64,000 nucleotides of DNA from Perkinsela sp. CCAP 1560/9 (GCA_965644495.1 CBFFSA010000013.1:1-64000); one strand, 5' to 3'. Counted from the first letter of the stretch, positions 11,730-23,925 are shown. Translations and numbers: made by a program. Notes: generated from the letters alone by a model not told the origin.

Positions 11730-12566
11730 TTATAGCTTAATCCAAGCGGGAAGCGTAGTGGGTGTAATCTTTGTAAAGTTGTTCGAAAATAACTTTAAAC
11801 GTCCCAACTTTACAGGCAAGGTATCCAGCTGAATATGACCTGTAAAGCTATTATCCGACAGATCTAAAGAATATAGTTGCTTGGGAAGTCTTAAAAGATT
11901 AATTTCGCCACTAAATTTATTACCATTGAGCCACAAATATTTTATTTTTGGTGGGAGCTGCGTCAAATTTACATGACCTTCAAGCATATTTTGAGAAAGA
12001 TAGAGCCCTTCCATAGGAAGGGAAAGATGTGCTAGATCTATATCTCCCGATAGCTTGTTTCTCGAAAGTGCCAGACTTTGTAAAGCGCAAGGAAGCATCG
12101 TTAAGTCAATCGTACCAAAAAAGTTATTCGACGAGGCATAAAGGGATTTTGTAATGGAAGGCAATGAGGCGGTAGCAAACTCACCTTCAAACGAGTTGTC
12201 TTGAATCACAGCTTCTCCAAGCCCTGGAGGAAGAAGAGCGGTAGGGAAAGCACCAGAGAAATAATTTTCTGCTGCGTCTAAGTAGGTAGCCGTTGACGGA
12301 CAGTGTTCCCATACTAAAGTTCCTTTAAGTCCTTTATCGCGAAACCAGATATCAGTGATTTCCCCCTTTTCATTGCAGGTCACACAATTCCACGTGCATA
12401 CAGGAGTTCCTTCTTTCCAATCTTCAGGCAGCTCGACTAATTTTGAAACAAAAAGGAGAAATTGCATCTCTGGGGAGAGAATTGCCCCACGTACTTTACT
12501 AGCAGCGTTATATCGAGCTTGTAAAGGATCTACCGCGTCTGTAATCCGTGTTAATTTCAAAATCAT
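11730..12566 (-). CDS. Leucine-rich repeat protein
   Basis: ASKVRG..W..GTPVCTWNCVTC cap and about 8 LRRs. First ATG at 12566. Confidence 0.92.
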   Translation of the reverse strand: MILKLTRITDAVDPLQARYNAASKVRGAILSPEMQFLLFVSKLVELPEDWKEGTPVCTWNCVTCNEKGEITDIWFRDKGLKGTLVWEHCPSTATYLDAAENYFSGAFPTALLPPGLGEAVIQDNSFEGEFATASLPSITKSLYASSNNFFGTIDLTMLPCALQSLALSRNKLSGDIDLAHLSLPMEGLYLSQNMLEGHVNLTQLPPKIKYLWLNGNKFSGEINLLRLPKQLYSLDLSDNSFTGHIQLDTLPVKLGRLKLFSNNFTKITPTTLPAWIKL

Positions 12567-13860
12567 GGGGAAATAAAATTGTATCGCTGAAATACTTTTG
12601 CGGTAGTCACGTTGTTTAAAGGTCTTTACTTTTTTGTGCAATATAGAATCACTCCTGCTGCGAAAGCAAAAGTGTACAGATATGCATCGTTACTTTTTCT
12701 GACTATGAAATCACTGATTATGATTCGCTAAACGAACCAAAAACGAATTTCGCTCTTTGTATCTCCATTTTTTCATTGTCTTGACCAATACATACACCAC
12801 GAACACAAAAACAACGTGTTTCCATGATTGGTGAATCACAAATAGATTTTCGTAATGATGAGTTTCCTATGGCTTGTGGTACGTCGAAAACGGTCTTCGC
12901 CACGAAGCAAAGCACCTTCTTATGAAGCGGAAGTTTTAAATAAGCATGCTTTTTTTTCGATCTGCTTATCAGAACAATGCAAACACGATCAACACAAAAA
13001 ACGAAACGTTATCTATTGCGAATTTCCTCTACTGCGGATTACGGGCCGATGAAAAAGTTACTTTCTGAACAAGTTGCTTTCTGAAGAAAGTCACAAGACA
13101 AAAATGAGCTTGCCCAAGACATGATCCACTCCGTTCTTGTTACCGAGAAAGCTGTATTCCAGGTGAAACTGAACCAATGTTCGCACTTTTTTCAATGTGG
13201 TAAAATTTTTACCTGAACGTTTTATCGCTCCTTTCTTTTAGAGGGGTGGACCGCCAAAATCACGATTCCTTGGCGCACCCGGCCGCACCCGCTAAAGCTA
13301 AGCTATTTCAATGGGCGAAAATACTTGGCAAATTTTTCGACACCTGAGCGTCCGTTTTGAGTCCGTATGGTCTGAACTTCTTTTGTGTTTTTGACATGTT
13401 GCTTTCCTTTTGTCACGAGGTCACAAGCCGAGGGGGAAGCAAACTTACCCCAGGAGAGTGAGCCTGTGAGGGATGAAGGGGTAAAGTATCGACAACAGGA
13501 AAAGTCCAGAAAATTCGCCCCAATCTAGACACGTATGTAGACGATATTAACTTGGCCTCCGAAAACCCGAATTCCATTGTGAAGGCCTTCGAGAGGCTAC
13601 ACACGCTGGTCACTTGGCTGCTCGCTGCTCAACTTGTCTACACACGCTGCTCACTCTTGAACAAGCCTTAGTGTATGCCACTGACCATGAGCATTAGTAC
13701 CATCTAACCGAGAAGCTACGAAGCGAGCTCGAGCCTATTATTCAATATGAAAAATGTGGCTCTGTTAAATGGAAAACTGCCCTGGCAAGGGCGAAAAAGC
13801 ATAAAAGTTTTTCCGAGTTGTAATTCGTAGAGGAGTCAAACGTTCCTTTTCCAGCATATG

Positions 13861-15909
13861 AACCCCTCCGCACCAATAAGGCACCCACCCTTAACTTTTC
13901 AGCCAAATGTCCGTTTGGGCTGATTTTTGTTGCATTTTGCAGATCTCAACATAAAGACTTTGCGCGTGAAGAAATGAGACAAAAAGAAACGAATATGTAT
14001 ATTTTAGAGAGAGATTACCATTTTGTCACCTTTTCTCCGTTACTCGCCACACAAGCTTTGAGGCGAGCATCGAAGCTCAAAACCGAATCATAAATATAAC
14101 CTTGAGACAATTTACGCCAAGCTTTACGTACGCTTTTTATGAGATCTTCTTTATTTGTCGGATTGTATTCATCTACAAGACTTTGTACCATGCTCCACAC
14201 GTTTTCTATTGGTGAGAGATCGGGGGAGTTAGGCGGCCAATTTTTCAATAATTTCATTTTGTTGTCGTCAAGGTACGCTTCTGTTTCCTTCGCAGTGTGA
14301 GGTGTTGCCCCATTTTGCTGAAAAATACAGTTTGGGGTGAATGATACTTTTTTTAATGTTTTAATGTACGAAACACATGTAAAAAACGCATGTATGTGTG
14401 CACACGTCGGGCACAGCCGGTGGGAGGGGGAGGGTGGTTCGAACTCCGAGCCACAGTATGCACAGAACAATAGACCCTTGAGGGGGAGTTCTGCCATGGG
14501 GGGAGAGATTAAAGAAGGAAAGGACAAAATAAGTCAACAAGGTACAGAAACCATATCTTTATCGTTAAAGAATTATTCAGTTTTTAGCTGTTTTTCAGTC
14601 AATATTAGCACTATATGCCCCAGCAACGGATTCGTTCCCGAACCTCACGTGGTGTACTCAGCGGCCGGTCCTATTCCTCGCCCGCACGGGTGATACCAAG
14701 TCACCGTATGCTTCTTGTCTCAGATTATCTTGAGACAGGGTCGTATTCTCGGACAGCCCAAAAACTCGTATTCTCGGACAGCCCAAGAATCGGGCTGAAT
14801 TAGTATCGGCCATTGAGATAGAGTTCGAAAGATTACAATCCGAACGCAAGCAAGAGTGTATTAACACAATGAGCAGTTTCCGCAGGCGTTGCCGCATTCC
14901 GCAGGGCTAGTTACCTTATCGCAACCACTTGGCCAAGCCTCATGCGCCATAACGGTTTTCCACTTTCTGTAAGACCACCCCTGGGGAGTCGATACGTATT
15001 TCTTAGCATGAAAAGCGAATTTGTTTTAAAAATACATTCAACTTATATATATTTTTCGAAATGACCTAAAGACATACATCTCCGCAGTACGGTACTTCGT
15101 ACTAAACGTAGTACGGACCCCGTATTTCGTACTAGTACGTACTAAGTACCGTACTGCTGCGAAGGAGTGCTCATGAGAGCATGCATGCTGGGTACTATTC
15201 GTGTGGCGTAAAGTTCGGCTTCCCTTCACACGACATAGCCATTTGAACAGCGTCAAGTTTCTCCTTATCAATTCGAAGATCGCAGTGCTTACGATGTTGA
15301 TAATGATTACGAGTTATAGTTTTTTTTATGAGTCTTGCAATGAGATTCAAAATGGCAGCCAGGGGCCATGCATTTGTAATGACATTCATGCCCCATACCG
15401 CCAACGGGCATTGCATCATGGTCGTGATGACAATTTGCCGAGCAACGTACGACAGCAAAAAGGGGAACCGCCCCCTCTCGCATTAGAACGCTAAGCGGCG
15501 TTGCGTGATGAGTGCGAGAGACAGTTCTTTCGGGAGTTACCTCGCTTCCATCCTGTTCACCTCGGCCTGATTTCCTAGACATGGTGCTGGAGAAAAGTGA
15601 ATGAAAATTCAAAAGAAAATGCTATAAGTAACGGAAGAATAAATTATTTTAAGTAATGCGATCCCAACATTGTTTTCCAGTGAAAAAGATGAGCTTTTCT
15701 TTAATTGAAATTCGTAGTCAAGGTCCCACTTTGGCATAAAATATTTTTCAAAATGTATGAAGTACGTACTATCCGTACTAAGGAGATGTATGTAAAGACA
15801 ACGGGAACGTACAGATCTCAAAATTTTGCACGATAAAGTGGTGCGATAACCCCCCTAGCCCCCCTCGTGCGAAAAATAAGGGTGGGTGCCTTTTTGATGC
15901 GGGGGGGTT
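13861..15909 (-). mobile_element. Tc1/mariner element remnant with nested insertions
   Basis: TIRs AACCCCTCCGCACCAATAAGGCACCCACCCTTA and TAAGGGTGGGTGCCTTTTTGATGCGGGGGGGTT. DDE motifs IFQQNGATPHT..WPPNSPDLSPIENVW at 14015-14380. Confidence 0.8.
14380..14566 (-). pseudogene. SL-capped processed fragment of a zinc-ribbon protein mRNA
   Basis: SL-like AACGATAAAGATATGGTTTCTGTACCTTGTTG (14566-14535), a pyrimidine-rich UTR, then ATG 14497 MAELPLKGLLFCAYCGSEFEPPSPSHRLCPTC, fused to transposase sequence. Confidence 0.7.
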
Positions 15910-15916
15910 TAAAACC

Positions 15917-16800
15917 ATGCAAATTTATACAGATGGTTCTGTATTGCCGATGGAGGGCACGAATGAAATTCGAAGTGGTATCGGAGTTGTGGTGTTAAAG
16001 CCCAGGCTTAAACCTGTACGAATATCTGTACCTCTAGACTCTGAGACAATTGAGCGAGTCGAAATAATAGTCTTTCAGCAGGCCTTATTTTGTTTGACCT
16101 CCACGTCTCCCACCCTCGTACAGCAATCAAACGTATTTAATACTGTTAACGGGGTGGGAGCGGAGGTGCTGGACAATACGGGCCTGGGTGCGTGCGGATT
16201 GGTGAGTGGGGTAGGGAGTGAAGGAAGGGAAGCATGAGAGGGTTAAGGAGATTACTACCCCAGCCGAGACACTCCGAAGTACACCCATGACAAATGACGA
16301 AGTTCAAGCGAAGATACTCGAAATATCACCAGCGTTGGAAACGAATGAACACAAGATACAGTAAGGGTGGACTGGTATGCAGAGACAGTAGGACCAACAC
16401 AGCAAGTTTCAGTTCCCCGCCGCCGCGCACGCCGAGCCCCCCTATCACGCAACAATCCCACCCTCCTTCGCCTCTGCCGCCACCTCTGCCGTTGCCTATA
16501 CCACCACATGCTCTCGACACTCCCGAACTATGCCGGCAAGAAGGCAAGGGGTCAAGGAACACTGCTTTTGGCAGTGTCGGGGCGTGGCGAACCCAACCCT
16601 CCTAGCTAATACAGCTTCCCGCAGCGGACTTTAAGTCTGCGCGTTAGCTGGATTAAGAGACCTTTCATCGGCTCTGCGCTGCAATCCTTTTTAGGTCTGC
16701 GCGCGAGCCGTATAGGTTGGAGCTACCTCGGCTCTCTCCGAGGAGGATACACCCCGTTTGTGGGGTCTTTACCTATGACAGCATCATCATCGTCAAAAAA
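15917..16800 (+). mobile_element. Retroelement remnant with RNase H N-terminal fragment
   Basis: IYTDGSV..SGIGVVV..ERVEI is RNase H-like. The region ends in CATCATCATCGTCAAAAAA; the extent is uncertain. Confidence 0.4.
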
Positions 16801-16996
16801 GAATTATAAATTCAAAAAACTTATAATTTATACATATAATTCCTTATGGAGGGGAGAGTATTCTCATCTATTATTCGTAAAAGTATTGTACGTTCTTCGT
16901 TCAATCCCATCATAAAATTGCTCAACTCCTGAGGTACTGAATATCTAGGGGTGATAGTTTTCGGGGCACTGTATTCTACTTTGGTTTCAATTGAAT

Positions 16997-17327
16997 TCCC
17001 CCCCCCCCCCCCCCGCGGAATTTTGAGTTTTTTGTCAGCTTTTTCTCATTTTTACAAACGAGAGATCTCGTTCCCCTAGTGAAGCGCTTTGGCACCTTTT
17101 TTTCATAGGGACCCCATAGTGCTCATATGGTGACCCGAAAAACAGCCAAAACAAGATTTTTGATAAATACGAACCTTGGAAGGAAGCCCAAAACCATGTG
17201 TTTTGGACCCAGGGGGCCCCTACAAAAAAAGGGCAGCAAAGCGCTTCACCAGAGAAACGAGATCTATCCAGTGCTGCGAAAATGAGCAAAAACAGATAAA
17301 AAAACTCAAAATTCCGCGGGGGGGGGA
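16997..17327. mobile_element. MITE (~330 bp)
   Basis: C-run then GCGGAATTTTGAGTTTTTT at the left; AAAAAACTCAAAATTCCGC then G-run at the right. Confidence 0.75.
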
Positions 17328-17502
17328 GATACCTTGAAACCACTGTACTTTGTGCCGCACCCTACCGCACCCGGACGCACCCGCTCGCACCGAGCCCAGA
17401 CCACCCCTCTTATTATGAATCATGGTTCTGCACATTAATTTTATATAAGCATTGTATTTTTTAAATTCATTAGTACTTGTTTATTGCTCTTTTCACCTTT
17501 TA

Positions 17503-18416
17503 ATGACGTGCACTGGGTGCGGTGGGTTCTCGTGCCGTTCGAAACTTACGATCAGAAGAATTTCTTCCTGGAGTGAGAATCAATGTCTGGACTGGATGAA
17601 AAACCACTCTAGTGGCGCAGAAAGTTATTTGGTACAAAAAAAATCACCGAGCTCCGCACACCATGGCATTAGTGGGGAATAAATGGGTCTGCACCAAGCA
17701 ATGTAAAGGGAGGTACGGACCTATGGGGCCGCTGTTGCCCAGCAAGAGCCAGCGAAGCGCTGAACAGACTCTCCTGTACATCGTTTTGTACTCTAGGGGT
17801 GGGCGCCATGCATCTTCAGTGGCGGAAACGGAGTTAAGCGAAAAAACGGTGATCAAATTGCGTCAATGGCTGGATTCCCTCATGGCCACAGCGCATGTAC
17901 GCCGACGAGTTCGACTGCGATCCAAGGTGACCACAATGCAATACGATGAAACTTTTTTTTTCTGTCCGAAAGAGGGGCGGCTGCCATCGAGCAAAACGTG
18001 TTCACCAAGATGATAATCAAATTGCTCAGACGATAGCGGTCACGACGAGGGACAACACATTATCTGAAATTCTCATGGAATCTGTTCCAAATCGAGCATC
18101 TCAGAGTCTTCTTCCGAACATCCAGACTCTAGCTTCGGGGAATCGTACAAAAATTTGGACCGATGTTGCCCGCCATAATTTGTCTCTCCGCGGCAAATAT
18201 AAGTGGGAAAGTGTAAACCACAAGAGACAGTGGGTTACGAATGATGGTGTGCACACTAATACTGTGGAGTGCGCTAACTCCATGGTTAAGAAGCGACTAA
18301 AGCGGGACGGCAATGTTCTAGGCCGGAAGTTGGAAAAGAGGGGGGATCGAATACAAGCATACGCAGAGGTATGCACCGGAAGTTTGAAGGAGCACTGCGT
18401 ATGCCTCCATTTGTAA
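17503..18416 (+). mobile_element. Merlin (IS1595/ISXO2-like) transposase, frameshifted
   Basis: QYDETFF, IWTD and SVNH..WV..DGVHTNTVE motifs spread over three frames. Shifts fall at the A-run near 17640 and the T-run near 17955. Confidence 0.85.
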
Positions 18417-18733
18417 GAAGTAATCAAGTTTAAGTGGAGAAAAGTTTAAAGTGTAAGCAAAAAGGGACGTAAAATTTTGAAAATTCATAAATTTGCGAAT
18501 ATTGGTTCAGTTTAACCGTATTCCAGAAAGAAAAGTAGCTCGCAACCTTTACAACTCAAAGTGAACGGTTTCACTACTTTAGTTGCAATAGTTTCGTGTT
18601 AACAATAGTTTCTTAACGACGGTTAACAATAGTTCTTCCCATTTTCAACCAGCTTACATCGTATGGAAGACCGAACTGCACTACGCCGTATCTTCTGTAC
18701 CCTTGGACACGACCTCCTGCCCTTGATTGCTCT

Positions 18734-20197
18734 TTATAAACAGATCCAATCCTCCTGGGGCAGCGCTCTCCGCTGTTCACGGTAATCGACATCCGTGTCC
18801 TCCAGCTCCCGATCGTACTGCCCCTGAAACTGTTGAAACTCCGGTGCGAAGATCCGACCCCCGATCATCTCGTGGATTTGATCCAACGAGGTCTTATCAA
18901 GATATCGTGGGGGGAGGAACAACACACGAAGGTGGACATTCTCCGGGGAACACCCCATGAGATGAGACACTCGCCGCGCAATCCCCTCCCGCTCTCGGAG
19001 CTGGGGAATTTGCACTTGGCGCTCATAGGGGTTCGGGGAAGCGATAAGAACCAGTGTGGCAAGAAACTGAAGATCTCGAGAGGCTTCGGGAAGATATTTT
19101 GGAGGTGGAGGTAATGGTGAAGTGGAAGAGACGGAGAAATCAGGGCTACCGTTTGGTAAAGAAGCGCTCCCAGCTTCTGTATCTTTTTGTACAATGTGGA
19201 GAAAACGTGTAAGGGAGGGACTGTAACGCGTCGAGGGGCTGGGAGTTGCATACAACACTTCACGCGCGTTTTGGAACAATATCCCGTCCGTTGGGGAATC
19301 GATGTCCACCGAGAAAAGCGTGAAAGGCCGACTTTCCGAGGTATTAGTAACTTCTGAACCATTTCCACTCTCATTTCCTGCCCCATCCGCCACTCCTTTC
19401 CTCAGCGTGGTGTTATATTTCGACCGGAGGTTCAACCGGAGATACCGAGCCAGAGCTCGGGCATATCCCCCGCCAGTTTCCCCCGACTTAGGTTCATACC
19501 CCAGAAAAGCATAATAAATATCCATTTCCGGAAGATTCGTCAACAAAAACTCTGCGGCTGACCGAAATGGATTACTTCGGTCCCATATCACCTCTCCACT
19601 CGACTCCTCACGGCGAATCACATTCCGGAACGCCTCATTAAACGAATTCATGCGAATCAAACCATACAAACAACACAGTCGGTCAAGTAAAAACGCATCA
19701 TCTGCTCCGGATGCTTCTAAACGGGTCCATGCTGCTTTAACTTGTCTTGCCATATCCACCTCCCCATTCCACCGCAGTTCTGTGAGTTTTTCCTGAATTT
19801 CTTCTCTCCCCATTTGTGAAAATTCTTCTCGACCTTTTGCCGGGAATAATCCTAAGCTCTGATTCAGCAGCTTCACATCATCCAATGATCTCTCTCTGCG
19901 AGCGGTGTGCGCGGCCCACGACTCACGTAGCATGTCCAGCTGCTCTAGCCACGGTTCCCTCTCCTCCTGCTCGCTCATCAGGCTAGGGGAGAGTCGAAAC
20001 ATCCAGCGGGATTGGCGCCAACGCCCGAGGTGGTCCTCGAGGTGTTCTAATAATGGTACAATGGCCTCCGTGAAGGCACGGAAATTCGAACAGTGGGCTT
20101 TTGGGGTTTGGTAGCGTTGAACCGCCTCGGTATGGGTGAGGGGGAGAACAGCAAAGGATGCAAAGAGACGACGTGGGGTAAGGAAGAGAGATTTCAT
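18734..20197 (-). CDS. Hypothetical protein, probably mitochondrial
   Basis: Intact 487-aa ORF on the coding strand. The N-terminus MKSLFLTPRRLFASF resembles a kinetoplastid mitochondrial presequence. Confidence 0.75.
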   Translation of the reverse strand: MKSLFLTPRRLFASFAVLPLTHTEAVQRYQTPKAHCSNFRAFTEAIVPLLEHLEDHLGRWRQSRWMFRLSPSLMSEQEEREPWLEQLDMLRESWAAHTARRERSLDDVKLLNQSLGLFPAKGREEFSQMGREEIQEKLTELRWNGEVDMARQVKAAWTRLEASGADDAFLLDRLCCLYGLIRMNSFNEAFRNVIRREESSGEVIWDRSNPFRSAAEFLLTNLPEMDIYYAFLGYEPKSGETGGGYARALARYLRLNLRSKYNTTLRKGVADGAGNESGNGSEVTNTSESRPFTLFSVDIDSPTDGILFQNAREVLYATPSPSTRYSPSLTRFLHIVQKDTEAGSASLPNGSPDFSVSSTSPLPPPPKYLPEASRDLQFLATLVLIASPNPYERQVQIPQLREREGIARRVSHLMGCSPENVHLRVLFLPPRYLDKTSLDQIHEMIGGRIFAPEFQQFQGQYDRELEDTDVDYREQRRALPQEDWICL

Positions 20198-20825
20198 GTA
20201 AAGGAGACGAAAAAATTCAGAGTTTACGGAAAGTTTAAAACTTTCAAAAAAGTAGTTAAAAGTATTTTATTAACCTATTTAGGCTCTTCGTTAAACGCGG
20301 TGGTTGTTTTCAACTTAGAAGTCACTCATGCTGCGAGCTTCGCGTTGAAAACTACCACCGCGTTTAACGAAGAGCCTAAAAAAGAAATTCGGCCTGGAAA
20401 GCTAAAGAAAACACAAAGATTACAGCCAAAATTAGCCGATTTTCGGGCAAAAATGGGGTGATTTTTGCGTATTTTTGCTCTCAGAGGGCTAAATCCGACA
20501 TTTGCGTGCGGGAAAGCACTCGTAGGCGTGAACGAAAGCCTACTGAACGTATTGGGTAGAGAATGCGACTCCAACCATACCATTCTTTCGACATAAAAAG
20601 ATCCCTTTGGGTCCGAAAATTACTTTTTCGCACTTTTTTGGTCAAAAATGGGCCATTTTGGGATGCGTGCCACGGCTAGAAGAAGGGGTATCTGCCGAAA
20701 ACGACGGTGTAGAAGGCTAGTATAGGTCCCAAACTCTCAAAATACAATAGGGGAAACGATTTTGGAAAAATATTTTTTTTACCATTTTTTTCGCCAAGTT
20801 GAATTTTTTTTCAATTTTTTTTTCC

Positions 20826-21146
20826 GAAAAAATCCGAACTTGGCGGACCCGTCCTGCGGATACGCGGGGGGGGGGGTCACCCCCGGGTAGGGGGGTGGAA
20901 AATGCGCGCCAAGACTCCGGCTACCCATTCTGCGGTTTTTTTTCGAAAAATAATTTTTTCGAAAAAAATTGCTCGACCATGACCCCCCCCCCTGGACCCC
21001 CCATTTTTTTCAATTTTGGACCACCGAGCCCCCTTTTATATTTTTTTCCTATATTATATTACTGTTTTCCTCTTTATATTTTCACTGTTTTTGTTCACTT
21101 TTTTTTCAATAATCGAGAGTAGAGCGGTAGTTATACAACCACCGCA
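20826..21146 (+). repeat. Dispersed ~320-bp repeat, copy 1
   Basis: Highly similar to 62842-63161; ends in GTAGAGCGGTAGTTATACAACCACCGCA. Confidence 0.85.
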
Positions 21147-21496
21147 ATTTTTAATATACATACCTTTTGCGGGTCCATGGGTCCCGCATCCAAAATTCAG
21201 GATGAACTTAGTGGAGTGACTGCTTCAGATTTTGATGCAAAACATCGGATTTTTTCCAAATGGGGACCTTAGCTTTTGAACGCAATGGAAATCGCTCGAT
21301 CAAAGCGTGGCATAATAACTCCTAAGGTGGTGTTACTCGTTGGTGTTCAGGCAAGCTCGGCAATATGGAGTTTCTTTTCGAGAATATAAAAACAGTAGAG
21401 GCCTTCGTAGAGGACGAGTGCAAGAAAGGGCCCCGAGCTTCGAAAGCGAAGCGGCCCTGTTTTTCAGTTTTTCATTTTCTAGTGTAATACAGTATA

Positions 21497-22439
21497 AACC
21501 ACATACCCATTTAACATACCCCCCGGTATGTTATCAAGGTATAGGTATGTTAAACATACAGTTTCTGTACCTTGTTGGTACTTAACCTTAGTTCATCCTT
21601 TCTTTCCCCCGCAATGGGCATACTCTTGCTGTATTTTCATGCCCGTTGCCGGTCGGCGCTAAGGCTGGAACTGTCCCCCTTTATCGCTGAAGAAGGGGAC
21701 GCGCCTTCATCCCTTCGCCCCTCCCCGACTCACTCCCCTGGAGTGAATTCTTCTCCCTCTCGGATTCTTTCCTCCCGACCCGTACCTCTCCGAGAGGGCT
21801 AGGCGTCACGGTGGCCTCACTTGAGGACCACTAGACGCGTCCCTCGCTGCCCGCGTTTACGGCTCTCCGCACGTGACGGTCGCCCAGCTCTCCGCACCTC
21901 GGCTCTGTCGCAGCTCTCTGCACCCGGATTGCCCCCGAAACTGTAATATGGGGATTACGCATCCGGCTCTCTGCACCTGCACATGACAACCGAGCTCTCT
22001 GCACCTGGGACGTCAGCTCTCTGCACCCATTCTCCTCCAGCGAGGGCAAATCCTCACGTGATCCACCCGTCGTATGCGGGTAAGGACAATGTGAGACAAA
22101 TCTCTGCAATCTAAGTGCTTGAATAAACAAATATAGGTATGTTAAGTAGACTGGTAATGAAATAGGAAAGAGAAGAAAATCACTTTCACTGTTAGAACCT
22201 GTATCTAAAGATATACCGCGCGTAGTACTAAATGCTAAGATGTTATCAAAATACGTTTAAAAACGCATACAGGAAACATCTTGTTAAAAACGTAAGTGAT
22301 ATTACGGTTGGATTTTGGTACAGTTGCACAATAAAAGCCGTGGGACGAGGGGGGGGGGTATGTTAAGTGTCGTGGGCCAGAATAACATACCCACCGGTAT
22401 GTTATCCAAGGTATAGGTATGTTAAACGGGTATGTGGTT
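21497..22439. mobile_element. TA-flanked MITE hosting an SL-capped insertion
   Basis: TA|AACCACATACCCATTTAACATACC ... GGTATGTTAAACGGGTATGTGGTT|TA. Confidence 0.8.
21554..22131 (+). mobile_element. SL-capped retroposed short RNA (SINE-like or processed copy)
   Basis: Starts with ATACAGTTTCTGTACCTTGTTG (21556-21577) and ends AATAAACAAA. Flanked by the 14-bp direct repeat TATAGGTATGTTAA (21540-21553 and 22132-22145). Confidence 0.7.
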
Positions 22440-23228
22440 TACTAAAGAAAAAAATATAAAGGGGGGATCCGGTGGTTTACTATAGAAGTACTGTCACCCC
22501 CCCCCCCCCCTTTATACTTCCGCCGGTTTCGGTACTTTTGGAAGTATAAAGGGAGGAACCTGACTTTCGGAAGTATAAAGGGGGGGCTGATTTTTTGACA
22601 AATCCGCGAAACAATTGTTTTTAAAAAAGGAAAAAGAAAAGAAATGCACCACTTCACGGCGCTGGTTTTCTATTATTCTAGCTAAAAATCAATCATCTAA
22701 TCTCCAAACATGCAGGGCACAATGTTTGCTTCCGTGTTCTTCTTGCACATAGTCAACATACGCTGTATGCTACGCTGTAGTGAATACGTGTCGGGACGAT
22801 CTACCATTAGAAGCTTTATGGGAAAGTTTTTGAAACGATGTATATTCGCTTTTGCTGCAGCAGGCGCATGTCCACGCTGGCTTTCATCCCGCCCAGTTCG
22901 CCAAGGAGGAGTTCGTTAATTTTTCTTGCATCTCGACATGTTTGTCCTTGTGCAAACCCCATCGCGCTTGCGACCACGATAGATTTCCTTTTTTCTGGAA
23001 AAATCCGACACCATTTTTCCGGGTGGAGCGCATGGTTCGTAATCTTTGTGTTTTCTTTAGCTTTCCAGGCCGAATTTCTTTTTTAGGCTCTTCGTTAAAC
23101 GCGGTGTTAGTTTTCAACGCGAAGCGCGCAGCATGAGTGACTTCTAAGTTGAAAACAACCACCGCGTTTAACGAAGAGCCTAAAAAAGAAAAGTGCGGTG
23201 GTTGTATAACTACCGCTCTACCCTCGAT

Positions 23229-23612
23229 ATATCCCCCCCCCAACTAAGGGCGTTGGGGGGGAGCTTATATCCCCCCCCCAACGCCCAACTAACGTACCCC
23301 GCGGCGGTACCATTCCTGTACCGCCGCCTGAACGATCTGGGAGTTGCCCTTCTGAATGGCCACCCCAGTAGCCATCAGAAGGTGCGACAGACATCCGTTT
23401 CTGTCGGACGCGTAGGCCCTGGCCACCTTGTTAAGAAAGCTCAAGGTGTCTGGGACAGGTACCCCGTAGGCGGTGAAGGCCAGGGGGTAAAAGTCCATCT
23501 CCCCGACGGCCGCCATCTCTTCATGAGAGCGCCGTTTATGGGCCTCCGCCACCCTTAGCGTGTGGGATGGCGCCGCTGCCTCTTTCCGGCTATACGAGAT
23601 GATCTCGTTCAT
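23229..23612 (-). mobile_element. 3' fragment of a CRE/SLACS-like non-LTR retrotransposon (REL endonuclease C-terminus)
   Basis: AEAHKRRSH..FYPLAFTAYG..FL.KVA..GVAIQKGNSQIV matches the CRE-clade C-terminal pattern. A G/C hairpin follows the stop codon. Confidence 0.7.
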
Positions 23613-23667
23613 ACATGTATGTCAAGGTCGGCACGAGTAATACTCACTAAATGAGGAGACTCTTTGA

Positions 23668-23925
23668 TTGGGCGGGGCCCGCGTGTGCCACGTACTCGAC
23701 CGGATAGTTCCGCATCGACACACACTGTTCACTGACGCAACCTCAAAAGGATTGGGGGGCGTGTTGTACATTGATTATGGTAGAATAGCAATTGCTGGAG
23801 ATACATGGGACGAAGAATTTGCGTATGGGGTGAATCAAGCCGAGACCAGAGCGGTTAGACTCGCATTCGAGCACTTTGAAAGGAATTTTAATCCGGATAC
23901 ATGTGAGGGGCTGCGGGTGAGGACC
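23668..23925 (+). mobile_element. RNase H fragment of a DIRS/TATE-like retrotransposon
   Basis: LFTDATSKGLGGVL..W..VNQAETRAVRLAFEHF. Confidence 0.65.

Larger units (their letters stand above)
20282..23180. mobile_element. TA-flanked element with ~142-bp TIRs, each containing a ~100-bp hairpin; holds nested insertions
   Basis: 20282-20423 and 23039-23180 are near-identical inverted copies. Each contains GGCTCTTCGTTAAACGCGGT...ACCGCGTTTAACGAAGAGCC. Confidence 0.7.

Noticed and set aside
21556-21700. Functional SL RNA gene (exon followed by GT)
   Set aside because: The exon is 5'-truncated, not in a tandem array, lacks a recognisable Sm site or T-tract terminator, and is flanked by an apparent TSD inside a MITE. 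Not fully excluded.
21862-22026. CRISPR-like repeat-spacer pattern
   Set aside because: The repeat is only 11 bp and spacers are irregular. Kept as part of the SL retrocopy finding.
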